Below, piece by piece: positions 34,313 to 44,962 of a DNA stretch of 64,000 bases. The stretch spans positions 23,058,950 through 23,122,949 of the forward strand of contig NC_134029.1 of assembly GCF_964204645.1 (NCBI RefSeq). The letters are read 5' to 3'. The DNA is from Tubulanus polymorphus. Taxonomy: Eukaryota > Animalia > Nemertea. Both the position numbers and the translations under genes were made by a program. Position 1 is the first letter of the stretch. Each line of letters opens with the position of its first letter. Below the pieces are notes generated by a model. The model worked only from the letters and a program-made list of their open reading frames with translations, was not told the DNA's origin and ran no database searches.

Positions 34313-37300
34313 TCAAGCGAATCTAACTGAATCGCCGAGTGTCCGATTCTTATTTCCCAGATTCTTCGAAGACGTCAAATGGTCTTGTAGCTTTTTCCAG
34401 CTTTCTTGCATTCTCATTCGTCGGTTAGGTTGTGATTTTATTCTAGGAAACACAAAGCGAATTTCAACATAAATAGAATTCTTCTTGAAATGTCGTTAAC
34501 AAGCTGTAGGTATATTTCATACAAACCTCTCTTTCAAGATCTTCGTAACGCGATCGTTTAAGTTGAGAAGATTTCTCGGAAATGTCGCTCGTTTTTGTTC
34601 GTTCTGCCAGTACGTGGATAGAATCCGTAGAGAATCGAGCTCAAACACGAACAGCGATGAGGAAATCAACTCCTCCTCCTCGGCTTCATCTTCATTTTCC
34701 TCACCGCTTTCAGAAACCATTACTGGAGTTCCTTGAACAAAAGGAAACAAATATTCCATAGAAAATACTGGTAGCATTTCAATCCCCTAGTTTTTTCATC
34801 TATGATATTTGCGATCACGCGGACATGATTTGGCCTGGAGTCAAATTTGGCCCATGCCTTATAAGAAATCATTCACTTGTTACTCAGATACATGTGCTAT
34901 CAAAACGATGCCGTGGCAAGTGAGGTGAGTCACTTCCAGACCAACTAAGCATTCACACGGAATAATTTGATCTCTGGCCTCGTCTCTCGTATTGGACAGG
35001 GTCAAAAACACTATGAAGCGGAAATATTTTTTTACCTCTAACGTAGAGATGTTTCCCACCGACTGTAGTTGTCAGGACTGGATTCCAAGTATCCGTAACG
35101 CGATGAGTTTCAGGCAGATGCACTTCGCAAAGTCGTCTGCCTTTTAAGATATCGCATATATAAATATTTCCATCCAAAAGAGTCACTATAGCCTGTAAAT
35201 GTGAAACGAAAATTTGTCAATCTATGAATGCTTTGCTTTTCAAGTCATGTGCATTTTCTTTCATTTTGTTTCCTTTTTAGAGCGCCTGATACTACAACAA
35301 GCATTGCTTTTTACAGCTTGTCCTGCTGTTGTTTACATCGTTATATACATACATGTATGAATGGCGATGTCAACATATATGATTGATAATTATTCAGAAA
35401 ATAAATGATACAAGATTCAAACGAAATTGGACGGAAATACTCACCAGATCTGGAGCCGTTTTGATTTGCATGAATCTCACAGGTTTATTTTTAAGCACTT
35501 GAGCCCTGAAAATGTTGATAATACCTTTTAATGACTGCGGTTATATTTGATCTGTATATGAATACGGAGATAAAAGCAGAGTCTTTTTTACCTGGGAATT
35601 ACTTGTAAAACTTCTTTGTCTTTATCGGTTTTGATGCCACACGGAACTAACTGAGTATCTCCACTTACGCAATTAACTATCAAATACGAAGCCGATTCTA
35701 GATTGTTTTCTTCGCTGCCAAGCGTCGTATCGAGAAATTTGAGTCGGGCAGGGGCAGCTGGCACTGTGAAAACCTTCCTTTGAATACCTTGAAAAACAAT
35801 TCATAAATCTAGAAATATCGGACACCTTTTCATCGGGGGAAAAAACCCTAATCAATGACAAATAATAGATTACCTAGATATTTATCCCATAGAACGATAG
35901 TTCCATTCTGTAGACCAATAGCTATAGAAGCATTGCATGGTGACACAGCAGTAGCCGCTATATTCTGTGAAAAAGGCCACACTATATCAGGTTTACGCTC
36001 CAAATCTGGAAATAACATCATTCGCATCAACATTTACATAACTGAATGTATTCATTTCCGCAAGTGTATTTTCAATTCACCTTTAGCAGTTTTCAACAAT
36101 GAGTAGGTTTTCATCTGTGACCCCCCATTCCACCAAACTGCCACATAAGCGACAGTACCTGCAATTCACGAAACAGAAAACACCTCACAAGACATGTAGA
36201 ATTTTTCCAAATAATGTAATACGATAATATCGTTTGATTTGAAATATTTACCGGGATTTTGTTCTAAACCTATTGGCATAACTTTTCCAGCAGTCAAGAA
36301 GTGGAAGGTTGGGATACTGAAATATTTCAAAAATTTGTTTATCAAACCGAAATTATCAATCGCTACCAAAACCTGTGTCAGTTACCTCTCTGTAACTGGT
36401 TGATCTGCGGTTGCGAACGGGAGGTATTTCTCATTCTGGAAATCGAAGACTTGTTTGCGTAGGGATAAACTAGCAGATGTAAGAAGATGATTTTCACCGC
36501 TTGCAATGATATCAGGTGATTCAATACTTTTCAAAGCCTGAGTCGCTGAGTTAGCATGTGACGCTGTAATTAAAGAAGTTTGTCATCGAAAACAGAACAT
36601 TTCCCGGGATATCAATTTTTCCATACCATACAAAAAGGCTTTTCCAAAAAATCAATGAATTCAAGGGCTAAGAAATATCTTGGCAAGCTTTTATTGAACG
36701 TAAGAATAGCAATTTAGGATTAAAAATTCTCTTCCAGCCGTTTCAGGTTTACAGATTGTGCTATTCTGGAATAGGTAGAGCGTATTCTGGTTGAAATGAA
36801 TGTGACAGTAAGAGAATTACAGAATCAATAAAAACCTAATGAAACCTGCCTCAGTCAGGCCACAGCTTTGTCTGCTTTCTCTTTTTGAGTTCAAATTTTC
36901 TCATGGGTTTTCCCTTCATACCTGATATTTCCCTTGGACCTGATTTCACGCGCATGATTTGAGTGACGGCCGTGAACTTGTGATTTATTTGTTTTTCGCT
37001 TGAACTTTCATGACTGGCACGAACTTGATCATCACCGGGTGAAACCTGTTAGAAAACCAGCTTATTATTTTTAGATAGAGTTCACTCTAAAACACGTAGA
37101 CCCTTTTTCATACTTAATTATTTCCATACCTGAACTTCTGAAGTTTCATCTGTACTAGTTGGGTTATTTTCAGAATCAACACTTTTCTCCTGAAATTGAA
37201 ACAAACACAATACCAACAATCGTTTTTTCTATTGGATATCACAACAAACTAGAATATCAAATGTATATCTTCAGTACATACCACACTGAGATCCTTTGAT

Positions 37301-40300
37301 GATTCGGATATTTGTTTATTGGCAATTGTTTTCAAGTTTTCTAGTTCCTTCAACCAGGCCTCTTTCGGGCACTGATAAACGTCAAGCCACCATTCGTCCA
37401 AACTGGAATCTGAAACAATTTCTTTGTTCATTGAATATTTATATTGGCAAAAGTTATTAGATAACAACATACTTTATATATACTTAAAGCTCAAATGGTG
37501 GTTAAAAGAAAGGTTAAAAAGCTAAAATAATAAGTCTAATTTAAAAAGATTCTTACGTACTTTCAAGAGCTATTCCGATATAGTCACCGCCTGAAGAGGG
37601 CTCACATTTGTGAGCTATTACCTTTTTTTCTCCTTCCTAAAGAAATACATGAACAAGTCACCAGTAACAGGTAGACAACTACAGAACAAAGAATTGATGG
37701 ATATTCATCTCTAATTAGTTACCTGGTCATTCAATTTTTTAATGAAATATAGTGTACCATTTGAAAACGCAAAGAGCCTCGCAATTCCTGCAATACAATT
37801 TCAAAAAGCCCAAAATAAAAATTACAATTTTTGGAACTAAAATTTGTATTTCCGAGTAGTACTTACCCTTTCCTATGGTTTTTGCCAATATTTTCTAAAT
37901 TTGGATTTATCGCCAATGGTTTTTCTATACGACCCGGCCCTGCGGTATTGCATTTAGCCACCGGCGAAATCCGCCATCTTTTTTCGTCATAGCAGACCAA
38001 AAAAAAAAACAGCTATGCGGGGCAGGTGGGCGGGATTCCCACCATAGGAAAGGGTAAGTACTACTCGGAAATACAAATTTTAGTTCCAAAAATTGTAATA
38101 TTTCCATCGAGTACTGTACCCTTTCCTATGGTTTTTGCTAGACTAGCCTAGCACAAGGATGGTGGGAAAGGTAGATAGAAAAACCACCGCTCAAACGCAA
38201 GGTAAGAGGGAAAAAGAGAGCACTTACCCAAGCACGGAATGGAGCACTGTAGCACAGGGAAGACCGGTTGGCCACAGTGAGTCCGTCCAGCTCAGGGGCC
38301 CCCCCAGAATTTTGCGAAATTAATACTTGCAGATATGAGCCCAAACTATGTACAAGGATACACCCCCTGTGATCCTGATAATGCTACATAAATATTCTAC
38401 ACTAAAGGGTCCGATCGGAAAGAACGGACACCTTGAGCCATGACAACAGGACCCAGTGAAGCTAATGAGCCTAACTGGCCTGAAACATCCCGTAAATAAA
38501 ATGACGTGAATGTCGACGGTGAATTCCAAAAGGCGGCCCGACAGACTTCCTCCAACGGAGCACCCGAAAAGGCTGCGCAGGAAGTAGCCATAGACCTCAC
38601 TTGATGAGAAACGACTCCCTCCGAGGAAAGATTCTCCTTCAATAAAATGTCCTTGATCATTGAAGAGACCCATCGGGCTACTGTGTCCCGCGAAATATCA
38701 CCCTTTAGGTGATCCAGCAGCGGAATAAATAACCGCTCCCGTGAACCCCTCCGTGAAGCAGAGCGATCTAAATAGAAACACAACGCCCGCACAGGACATA
38801 AAGTCCTGTCCGGGATGCCCGGTTCCACTCGATGTTTTAGGGCTTCAATTCGCCATTGACGCCCAACCGAGCCTGGTCGTTGGTTCTTTGCCAAAAATTC
38901 CAAAGCAGGCCGCAGCGAAACAAATTCATTCGCTGGCCCAAAGACAATGTGACCTGGTCGGACTGAAAGCGCATGAATCTCAGAGCGACGGGCCGAGCAA
39001 GCCAAGAACAGCAAAAATACAGTCTTTTTTGACAAATTTGCAAAAGACGCTGCCGAAAGAGGTTCAAATGGAGCCTCCATTAACTTCTTCAAAATTACAG
39101 ACAGATCCCATGGTGGAACTGTCCTTGTTACCCGAGGCCGGGAAATAGAAAACCCAGCAACCAGCTGGGATATCCGATGATCCCCTGCTACATTTGGCCA
39201 TCCAGAAGCACGCAATGTATGAGAAATCGCGGAGCGGTAACCTTTAATAGTTATGACCTGTAAACCTTTTGCTACAAATAGGTGCAGTAAAAAATCTGCC
39301 AATTGAGCTACAGAGGGTGAGCATGGATCAATTTCCCCTGCAGCACACCAATCCGCAAAATGACTCCACTTGGCATCGTAAATGGTACTTGTTGATGGCC
39401 GCTTAGATCCTGCGATAAAGGAGGCAGCCTGTTCTGAAAAGCCTGAAGCTGACAAGGATCGCTGGACAATGGCCAGGCGAGCAGATTTAACCACTGGCTG
39501 TTTGGATGATGCCGAAAGATCCCCTGAGACAGAAGCGATGGGAAATTCGGAAGAATCCTGGGGTTGTCGCACAGTAGGTTGAGAAGTGGTAGGAACCATT
39601 TCTGAGCCGGCCAACATGGTGCTACCAGAACTATGTTGCAATTGACTGATCTCTCTATTTGATCCAGTAAGCGCGGCAGGACTGGTGTGGGCGGGAACGC
39701 ATACGCATGCATCCCCGACCAGTCCAGAGAGAAGGCATCGACCCCCCACGCTTCCGCGTCTGGAAACGGGGACACAAACAGAGGACACCTCCGATTGAAC
39801 CGGGTGGCAAACAGATCCAGCAGCGGATTGCCAAAAATGCCCCGAACCCGATCGGCTACTTCTTGGTGGAGAACCCATTCTGTCGCAATAGCCTGACCTC
39901 GACGAGACAGAGCATCGGCCATCACGTTCCTTTTCCCTGCTAAATGTGCCACAGTCAGGGACACGCCCTTTGTCTGGCACCAAAGAAGAATTTTGGCCGA
40001 CAGACCTGTGAGGGTTTCTGAGTGAGTGCCCCCTTGGTTCTGAAGGTAAGCCCTCACTGTTGAATTGTCTGTGGCTAACCAAACGTGGTGGCCCTCCACT
40101 CTCCTGTGAAAGAACTTCAGGGCCTTCCACACGGCCAGCATTTCTAGGAAATTTATGTGGTTGGTGGCCTCGTAGCGAGACCATTTCCCGGCTTTGACTC
40201 GGTTCTCCAGATGTGCCCCCCAACCTTGGTGACTGGCATCCGTGAATACACGAACTGGAGCCTCTAACGGGGCTAGTGACACCCCGAGCCGAAGATTCGT

Positions 40301-43300
40301 AGTGGCCGCCCACCACTGAAGATCCGGACTTAGATCGGTTGGAGGTACGGGAATCAAGGCCTCCCAGTTGCCCTTCGACTGAGACCAGAAGACCTTCCAA
40401 TATTGTTGCAAGCGCCTGCTTCTGAGGCGGCCTAAGGGCACCACCAGACCCATGGAGCTGATGGAGCCTAGAAGCCGTGACCAGTAACGAGCTGTTCTCG
40501 GGGTTGTGGACACTCCCGCTACAGCTTCTTGAAGTTTGGCCACTCGAACCATAGACGGAAAGACTTTGCCGATTCGGAGATCGAAGTCCATGCCGAGATA
40601 AGTGAACTGTTGGGCCGGCGTCAACTGAGATTTTTCCCTGTTTACGCGGAACCCTAGCTGATGGACTAAGTCCAAGACTGAGGTCATTGCCTCCCGACAT
40701 TCCTGAGCCGAATTCGCGACTATTAACCAGTCGTCGAGGTAAACGAACAGTCGAACACCCCTTGACTGAAGTACCTTCTGAACTGACTTGACCAACTTGG
40801 TGAAAACCCACGGGGCCGTACTGAGGCCAAATGGAAGAGACCTGAATTGGAACTGGCGGCCTTTCCACTTTATCCTGAGAAATCGCCGAGATTTTGGGTG
40901 AATTGGAACCTGAAAGTAAGCATCTTTCAGGTCCAATGAAGCTGCCCATTGACCCGGACGGAGCCCTTGAATCACGTCCTTGGGCTTGGTCATCCGGAAC
41001 CTTGGAATGTCTAGGTGCCGATTGAGGGATGACAGATCTATCACTGTCCGTTGACCCCCTGTGGCCTTTGGTACCATGAATATTCGAGAAAACCAGCCGG
41101 GAGAAGTTTCGTTGCAAACTGGTTCTATCGCTCCCTTCTCTGCCAGTTCCTTGAGAGCCGGAGAGATTAAGGCCTCCTGACCTGGTTTTGGCCGCATGTC
41201 GGGAGGTGACCTCATCAGGCGCGGTCGCCTTAGGAAACGGAGACGGTAGCCCCGAGAGACGACCCGGGAGGGCCAACCGTCTCCAAAGAGGTCGGACCAG
41301 TGGGTTGCTGCCTGCTGCAGACAACCTCCCACTGGTCCCAAGAATTCATTTCGAGTTTTTCCGAAAGGAAGAGCCCCTTTTTGGAGCCTTCCCCTTGCCT
41401 CGATACGAACCGGAACTGTTACGACCGGACGAGGCTTGACACGATTGTTGAAGTTGCGCGCTAGTTCTCCAACCGGCATCCGAAGCCGCCTGAGAAAGCG
41501 CTGAAGTTTGAGATGGTCCTGTTTGCGTCCGTGCCGAACCTTGCGCCGCCGGCGTCGGACCAGAACGCTTTTTCCACGGAGTTCGGGGGTTGGACTTGGC
41601 CTGAACCTCCCGAATCTTCCTCAGCTCTGCGGAAACCGGAGCGCACCAACCGGAGAAGAGACGTGAAGACGTCCCCAATGGGGCTCTCAGCAAAGCATTG
41701 GACACCATATCCGGTAGACGAGTTTTGGCACTGGAGTCCATCACTGACTGACGGGAGGCTAACACCAGATTAGCCTGACCCCGAACCGACAACGGAATTA
41801 CATGCGAAACAGACCGAGCCAAAGATTGGATAATCCGGTCCATTCCCTCCAGTTTTAGGGCAACTGACTCTGGGTCGGAGCCCGCATGAACGGCGGCGGG
41901 AGTCTCGCGAAGCTCACCCGTCAACACCTTAAGTGCCATATCTTGAAACGAACCAACCCTGGTAAGATTGTCCAGGATTGACGTCATGGCCACCAAACCG
42001 GACTTAGGCAAACGAATACCCGACTGTGCTGTAACAGTATCCGGGCTGATCAAAGTATAATCAGCATCCAGGCAGTTATGACTGTGATCCACAGCACCTG
42101 GAGTTGCGTAATACGCCGAGCGAAATGCGCCTATAGGTGGATCGGTTGAACTAAAATATTTCCCAGATTTCATACCCCGTTCTGGAGGGGGAAATGAAAA
42201 AGTTCCAGGCCGACATTCACCCCATAATTGCGTATCCAATCGAGCCCATTCTCTTGAAACCGCTGACGATTCCCGTAAAACGTTAAGATCGGAGTCCGGA
42301 GGGCGATAAGCTTCCATTGACTCACCGACCAGAGGAGCTGCTGTGGGCTTAGCGCGAGTTGCCCCGTGCTTGACAAAGAACTCACTTATCATCGCTCTAA
42401 ATGGCATGTCCCCCGCTGGTTCGGATAAAACTGAACGGGACGGAGATACATTGCGAGCCAGGGAAGCCCCCATCGTCTGGGGCAACCCACAATTGCTTGC
42501 GACAGGAACGACCCCAGAAGGAATTGCCGCCTCTGGGACCGGATCCTCATTGAAATCAGACCCTACCGCAGCATCCAGGAATTCAGAGTCAGAATTCCGA
42601 AAAACTGAGTGGGCTGGCGAACTTCTAACCGGACAATCAGGAATAGGCTTACCTGTTGTAGAAGTTGCAGCGACTTGTTGCGACGAAGATAACAAGTTTA
42701 AAATTTTCTCCTCAAATACATGGAAATCCTTCTGAGTCAGGTATTTTCCAGTATCCCGACGATCATGCCGACTTCGGTGACGGTCCCTCGAACGGGATCG
42801 TGACCTACTAGAAGAATCGCTTTCATCGCTAACCGACGTCGACGAACGATGAGAAGACCGACGGCGAAACTTCCGACAATAACGATCGTAGTCCCTCTCG
42901 CGATCAAACCTTGATCTGCGAGAAGGAGATCTTGCTCGTTTATTACGCTCCCGGCGTCTAAATCTAGTGGGAGAGCGAGCTCTATCCCCGGAGCGACGAT
43001 CAGAATCAGACGATGAACGTACCGGATGTTTTGTACCGGACGACGTCTGGACCGGACCGGTGGCCGAACCGGACCGAACCGGACCGATGCCCGACCCGGA
43101 CCGGACCGGTACCGACCGAACCGGTGCGGGCCGTTCGCGACTACCGCGGCGCGCGCTCGGTTCCGAACATGTAGTCTGAACCGGCCGAACCGGCCGAACC
43201 GGTGAACGACCAGAGACCGGTGAATGACCGGAGACCGGTGCCGGTGAACCAGCGTTCCTCCCCGGTGAACGGAGTTGGGAAGCCGATCGTACCTGAACGA

Positions 43301-44962
43301 CCGGCGACCGCTCCGCTTTACGATAAGAAACAGGATTAGAAACGTCGGTTGGCACATCGGCCGAAACCGACGAATCCCTGCTAACTCGACGACGATCTCT
43401 TAGTTTAAGAGCCTTATCGGCCCGAAGCCAAAGGTCCTCGGACCACACGACGCAAATATTGCAAGGATTGCTCCTTGCACATATTTGACCGGATTTGCGC
43501 CTGCACGACGCACATGAATCGTGGTTGTCCCAGGCGCCAAACAAATGCCCGCATCCCTCCCCGCCACGATGCTGACCCTTAGGAGGGGGTGGCATAATTA
43601 TCCTGTTACAAATCAAAACAATTCAATTCAATTCAATCAAATTATATTTGTAAATAAAATTCTTACGGAAAAAAAGAAATCAGGGATAACCCCCAAACCG
43701 AACGGACTCACCGTTACGAGAGTGAAAAACTCCCTAATATCCTAATTCCCAGATTTTTACGGCGAAAAAATCCAACGCGTTCTACTGCGAGAACGCCAAG
43801 AAAAAAGATGGCGGATTTCGCCGGTGGCTAAATGCAATACCGCAGGGCCGGGTCGTATAGAAAAACCATTGGCGATAAATCCAAATTTAGAAAATATTGG
43901 CAAAAACCATAGGAAAGGGTACAGTACTCGATGGAAATATCACGCTACCTTGCCATCCGCTTTTGTAAATTATAGCCGTTTCAATAATAAAGCTGATTCG
44001 TAAAGATTGTCGAAAAGGGACTGAATAAAATTATTTTACCCATATCATCAATAGTGCATAATAGATAGATTCTTTCACTTATAACAGTAGCTGTTACATT
44101 CATTATAGCGACGTTGTCCTCTTCCCATTGAGCTATAGTTTCATCATTAGATGAATCAATAGCGGCCAGTCCTGTAGGTAAACCAACAAAAACATAGTAG
44201 CCATCTCCACTGTCTTCCAGGTAGTTGACATTTCCTTGAACCTGACAAGAAATATATGGCCTATTTAGTGACAAGGGAAATTAGAAGATTAGTCTAGTAA
44301 GGCTCTTAAACCTATTTTCCAGGTGTTCTGTGGGAGTATAGCTTTGAACTTGGAATCCCAGGTCAAACTTTATAAATGAAGTTAGAGGTTATTAGCTTAT
44401 TCCACATACGTGGAGCAGCACATGAAAATGAGCGATCTCCAAACCACGTCAGCCTGCTTCTAGGTTGGGACAAAAGGAGTTCTCCAGAAGATCTTAATGA
44501 ACGACTTGGTGTATAAAGTTGAACTAGTTGTTGTAGGTAGGTTGGAGCTAGGCCATGAACACACTTGTATGTTAAAACGAGCACCTTGAATTGGATTCTT
44601 AAATTGGAAGCTTATCACCTCGGCTTAAACAAGGTGGTCATTTCCACAATAACATGGGCCTTAAAATTAACAATGAGAATAACATGAATTTAGAATTAAT
44701 GAATTTCCGATGAATTGTGCACCTTCATTTCGCGAGCGGCTTCAAATTTCGGAGGTCGAACGATTGCTCTTTCCGCTTCTTTTCTCATCTCTTCATTCAT
44801 TATTATCTCCCAAGCGTTGTCGAATACGTTATTGACAATTTTATCGACCATTCTAAACGGCTGAGGTAAAACAGCCCAGACCAGTTCGGGATCTTGAATA
44901 AAGTCGCTATCTTCGAAAATACCATCCATATGCGACGGGGGAGGAATCGCCATTTTATCCAT
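34313..44962 (-). CDS. WDR93: WD repeat-containing protein 93, interrupted by a DIRS element in an intron
   Basis: Exons encode IQDPELVWAVLPQPFRMVDK, YYVFVGLPTGL..IDDMG|IARLF, WLDVYQCPKEAWLKELE, IVWPFS..GTIVLWD and WNPVL, ending ..SVRFA* at 34313-34315; start codon uncertain. Confidence 0.88.
38041..38138. repeat. DIRS internal complementary region (ICR)
   Basis: Reverse complement of 37821-37878 fused at a shared AT to the reverse complement of 43900-43940. Confidence 0.92.
38397..41324 (-). CDS. DIRS ORF3: tyrosine recombinase (C-terminal ~360 aa) in a long frame overlapping RT
   Basis: Catalytic R (ARRSEI), HxxR (HQVR), W and Y (FYLR); TIKGYRSAI and LCPVRAL motifs. Confidence 0.92.
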   Translation of the reverse strand: MSAAGSNPLVRPLWRRLALPGRLSGLPSPFPKATAPDEVTSRHAAKTRSGGLNLSGSQGTGREGSDRTSLQRNFSRLVFSNIHGTKGHRGSTDSDRSVIPQSAPRHSKVPDDQAQGRDSRAPSGSMGSFIGPERCLLSGSNSPKISAISQDKVERPPVPIQVSSIWPQYGPVGFHQVGQVSSEGTSVKGCSTVRLPRRLVNSREFGSGMSGGNDLSLGLSPSARVPRKQGKISVDAGPTVHLSRHGLRSPNRQSLSVYGSSGQTSRSCSGSVHNPENSSLLVTASRLHQLHGSGGALRPPQKQALATILEGLLVSVEGQLGGLDSRTSNRSKSGSSVVGGHYESSARGVTSPVRGSSSCIHGCQSPRLGGTSGEPSQSREMVSLRGHQPHKFPRNAGRVEGPEVLSQESGGPPRLVSHRQFNSEGLPSEPRGHSLRNPHRSVGQNSSLVPDKGRVPDCGTFSREKERDGRCSVSSRSGYCDRMGSPPRSSRSGSGHFWQSAAGSVCHPVQSEVSSVCVPVSRRGSVGGRCLLSGLVGDACVCVPAHTSPAALTGSNREISQLQHSSGSTMLAGSEMVPTTSQPTVRQPQDSSEFPIASVSGDLSASSKQPVVKSARLAIVQRSLSASGFSEQAASFIAGSKRPSTSTIYDAKWSHFADWCAAGEIDPCSPSVAQLADFLLHLFVAKGLQVITIKGYRSAISHTLRASGWPNVAGDHRISQLVAGFSISRPRVTRTVPPWDLSVILKKLMEAPFEPLSAASFANLSKKTVFLLFLACSARRSEIHALSVRPGHIVFGPANEFVSLRPALEFLAKNQRPGSVGRQWRIEALKHRVEPGIPDRTLCPVRALCFYLDRSASRRGSRERLFIPLLDHLKGDISRDTVARWVSSMIKDILLKENLSSEGVVSHQVRSMATSCAAFSGAPLEEVCRAAFWNSPSTFTSFYLRDVSGQLGSLASLGPVVMAQGVRSFRSDPLV
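39308..41479 (-). CDS. DIRS ORF2: reverse transcriptase, RNase H and a DNA N6-adenine methyltransferase-like domain
   Basis: LDLKDAY, LPFGL, YLDD; FTDAS, HINFLE, TDN, NVMADALSR; DLFATRFN, DAFSLDW, YAFPP. Confidence 0.95.
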   Translation of the reverse strand: MPVGELARNFNNRVKPRPVVTVPVRIEARGRLQKGALPFGKTRNEFLGPVGGCLQQAATHWSDLFGDGWPSRVVSRGYRLRFLRRPRLMRSPPDMRPKPGQEALISPALKELAEKGAIEPVCNETSPGWFSRIFMVPKATGGQRTVIDLSSLNRHLDIPRFRMTKPKDVIQGLRPGQWAASLDLKDAYFQVPIHPKSRRFLRIKWKGRQFQFRSLPFGLSTAPWVFTKLVKSVQKVLQSRGVRLFVYLDDWLIVANSAQECREAMTSVLDLVHQLGFRVNREKSQLTPAQQFTYLGMDFDLRIGKVFPSMVRVAKLQEAVAGVSTTPRTARYWSRLLGSISSMGLVVPLGRLRSRRLQQYWKVFWSQSKGNWEALIPVPPTDLSPDLQWWAATTNLRLGVSLAPLEAPVRVFTDASHQGWGAHLENRVKAGKWSRYEATNHINFLEMLAVWKALKFFHRRVEGHHVWLATDNSTVRAYLQNQGGTHSETLTGLSAKILLWCQTKGVSLTVAHLAGKRNVMADALSRRGQAIATEWVLHQEVADRVRGIFGNPLLDLFATRFNRRCPLFVSPFPDAEAWGVDAFSLDWSGMHAYAFPPTPVLPRLLDQIERSVNCNIVLVAPCWPAQKWFLPLLNLLCDNPRILPNFPSLLSQGIFRHHPNSQWLNLLAWPLSSDPCQLQAFQNRLPPLSQDLSGHQQVPFTMPSGVILRIGVLQGKLIHAHPL
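41346..43595 (-). CDS. DIRS ORF1 (gag-like) with N-terminal Cys/His zinc finger and RS-rich region
   Basis: ATG at 43595 (MPPPPKG..CGH..HDSCASC..C..CNIC..W); about 750 aa uninterrupted. Confidence 0.88.
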   Translation of the reverse strand: MPPPPKGQHRGGEGCGHLFGAWDNHDSCASCRRKSGQICARSNPCNICVVWSEDLWLRADKALKLRDRRRVSRDSSVSADVPTDVSNPVSYRKAERSPVVQVRSASQLRSPGRNAGSPAPVSGHSPVSGRSPVRPVRPVQTTCSEPSARRGSRERPAPVRSVPVRSGSGIGPVRSGSATGPVQTSSGTKHPVRSSSDSDRRSGDRARSPTRFRRRERNKRARSPSRRSRFDRERDYDRYCRKFRRRSSHRSSTSVSDESDSSSRSRSRSRDRHRSRHDRRDTGKYLTQKDFHVFEEKILNLLSSSQQVAATSTTGKPIPDCPVRSSPAHSVFRNSDSEFLDAAVGSDFNEDPVPEAAIPSGVVPVASNCGLPQTMGASLARNVSPSRSVLSEPAGDMPFRAMISEFFVKHGATRAKPTAAPLVGESMEAYRPPDSDLNVLRESSAVSREWARLDTQLWGECRPGTFSFPPPERGMKSGKYFSSTDPPIGAFRSAYYATPGAVDHSHNCLDADYTLISPDTVTAQSGIRLPKSGLVAMTSILDNLTRVGSFQDMALKVLTGELRETPAAVHAGSDPESVALKLEGMDRIIQSLARSVSHVIPLSVRGQANLVLASRQSVMDSSAKTRLPDMVSNALLRAPLGTSSRLFSGWCAPVSAELRKIREVQAKSNPRTPWKKRSGPTPAAQGSARTQTGPSQTSALSQAASDAGWRTSAQLQQSCQASSGRNSSGSYRGKGKAPKRGSSFRKNSK
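44385..44600 (-). mobile_element. 5'-truncated LINE (L2/CR1-clade) ORF2 C-terminal fragment in a WDR93 intron
   Basis: RIQFKVLVLTYKCVHGLAPTYL..RSLRSS..GDRSFSCAAPRMWNKL. Confidence 0.85.

Larger units (their letters stand above)
37821..43940 (-). mobile_element. Full-length DIRS1-type tyrosine-recombinase retrotransposon (6120 bp)
   Basis: Identical 122-bp ITRs (37864-37985 and 43800-43921); internal complementary region ~38041-38138 matching both termini; three intact ORFs; no TSD. Confidence 0.96.

Noticed and set aside
38741-43357. Antisense and secondary ORFs inside the DIRS element (e.g. 38741-39148, 42343-42735, 42737-43357)
   Set aside because: Expected shadows of GC-rich, repetitive coding sequence; no motifs
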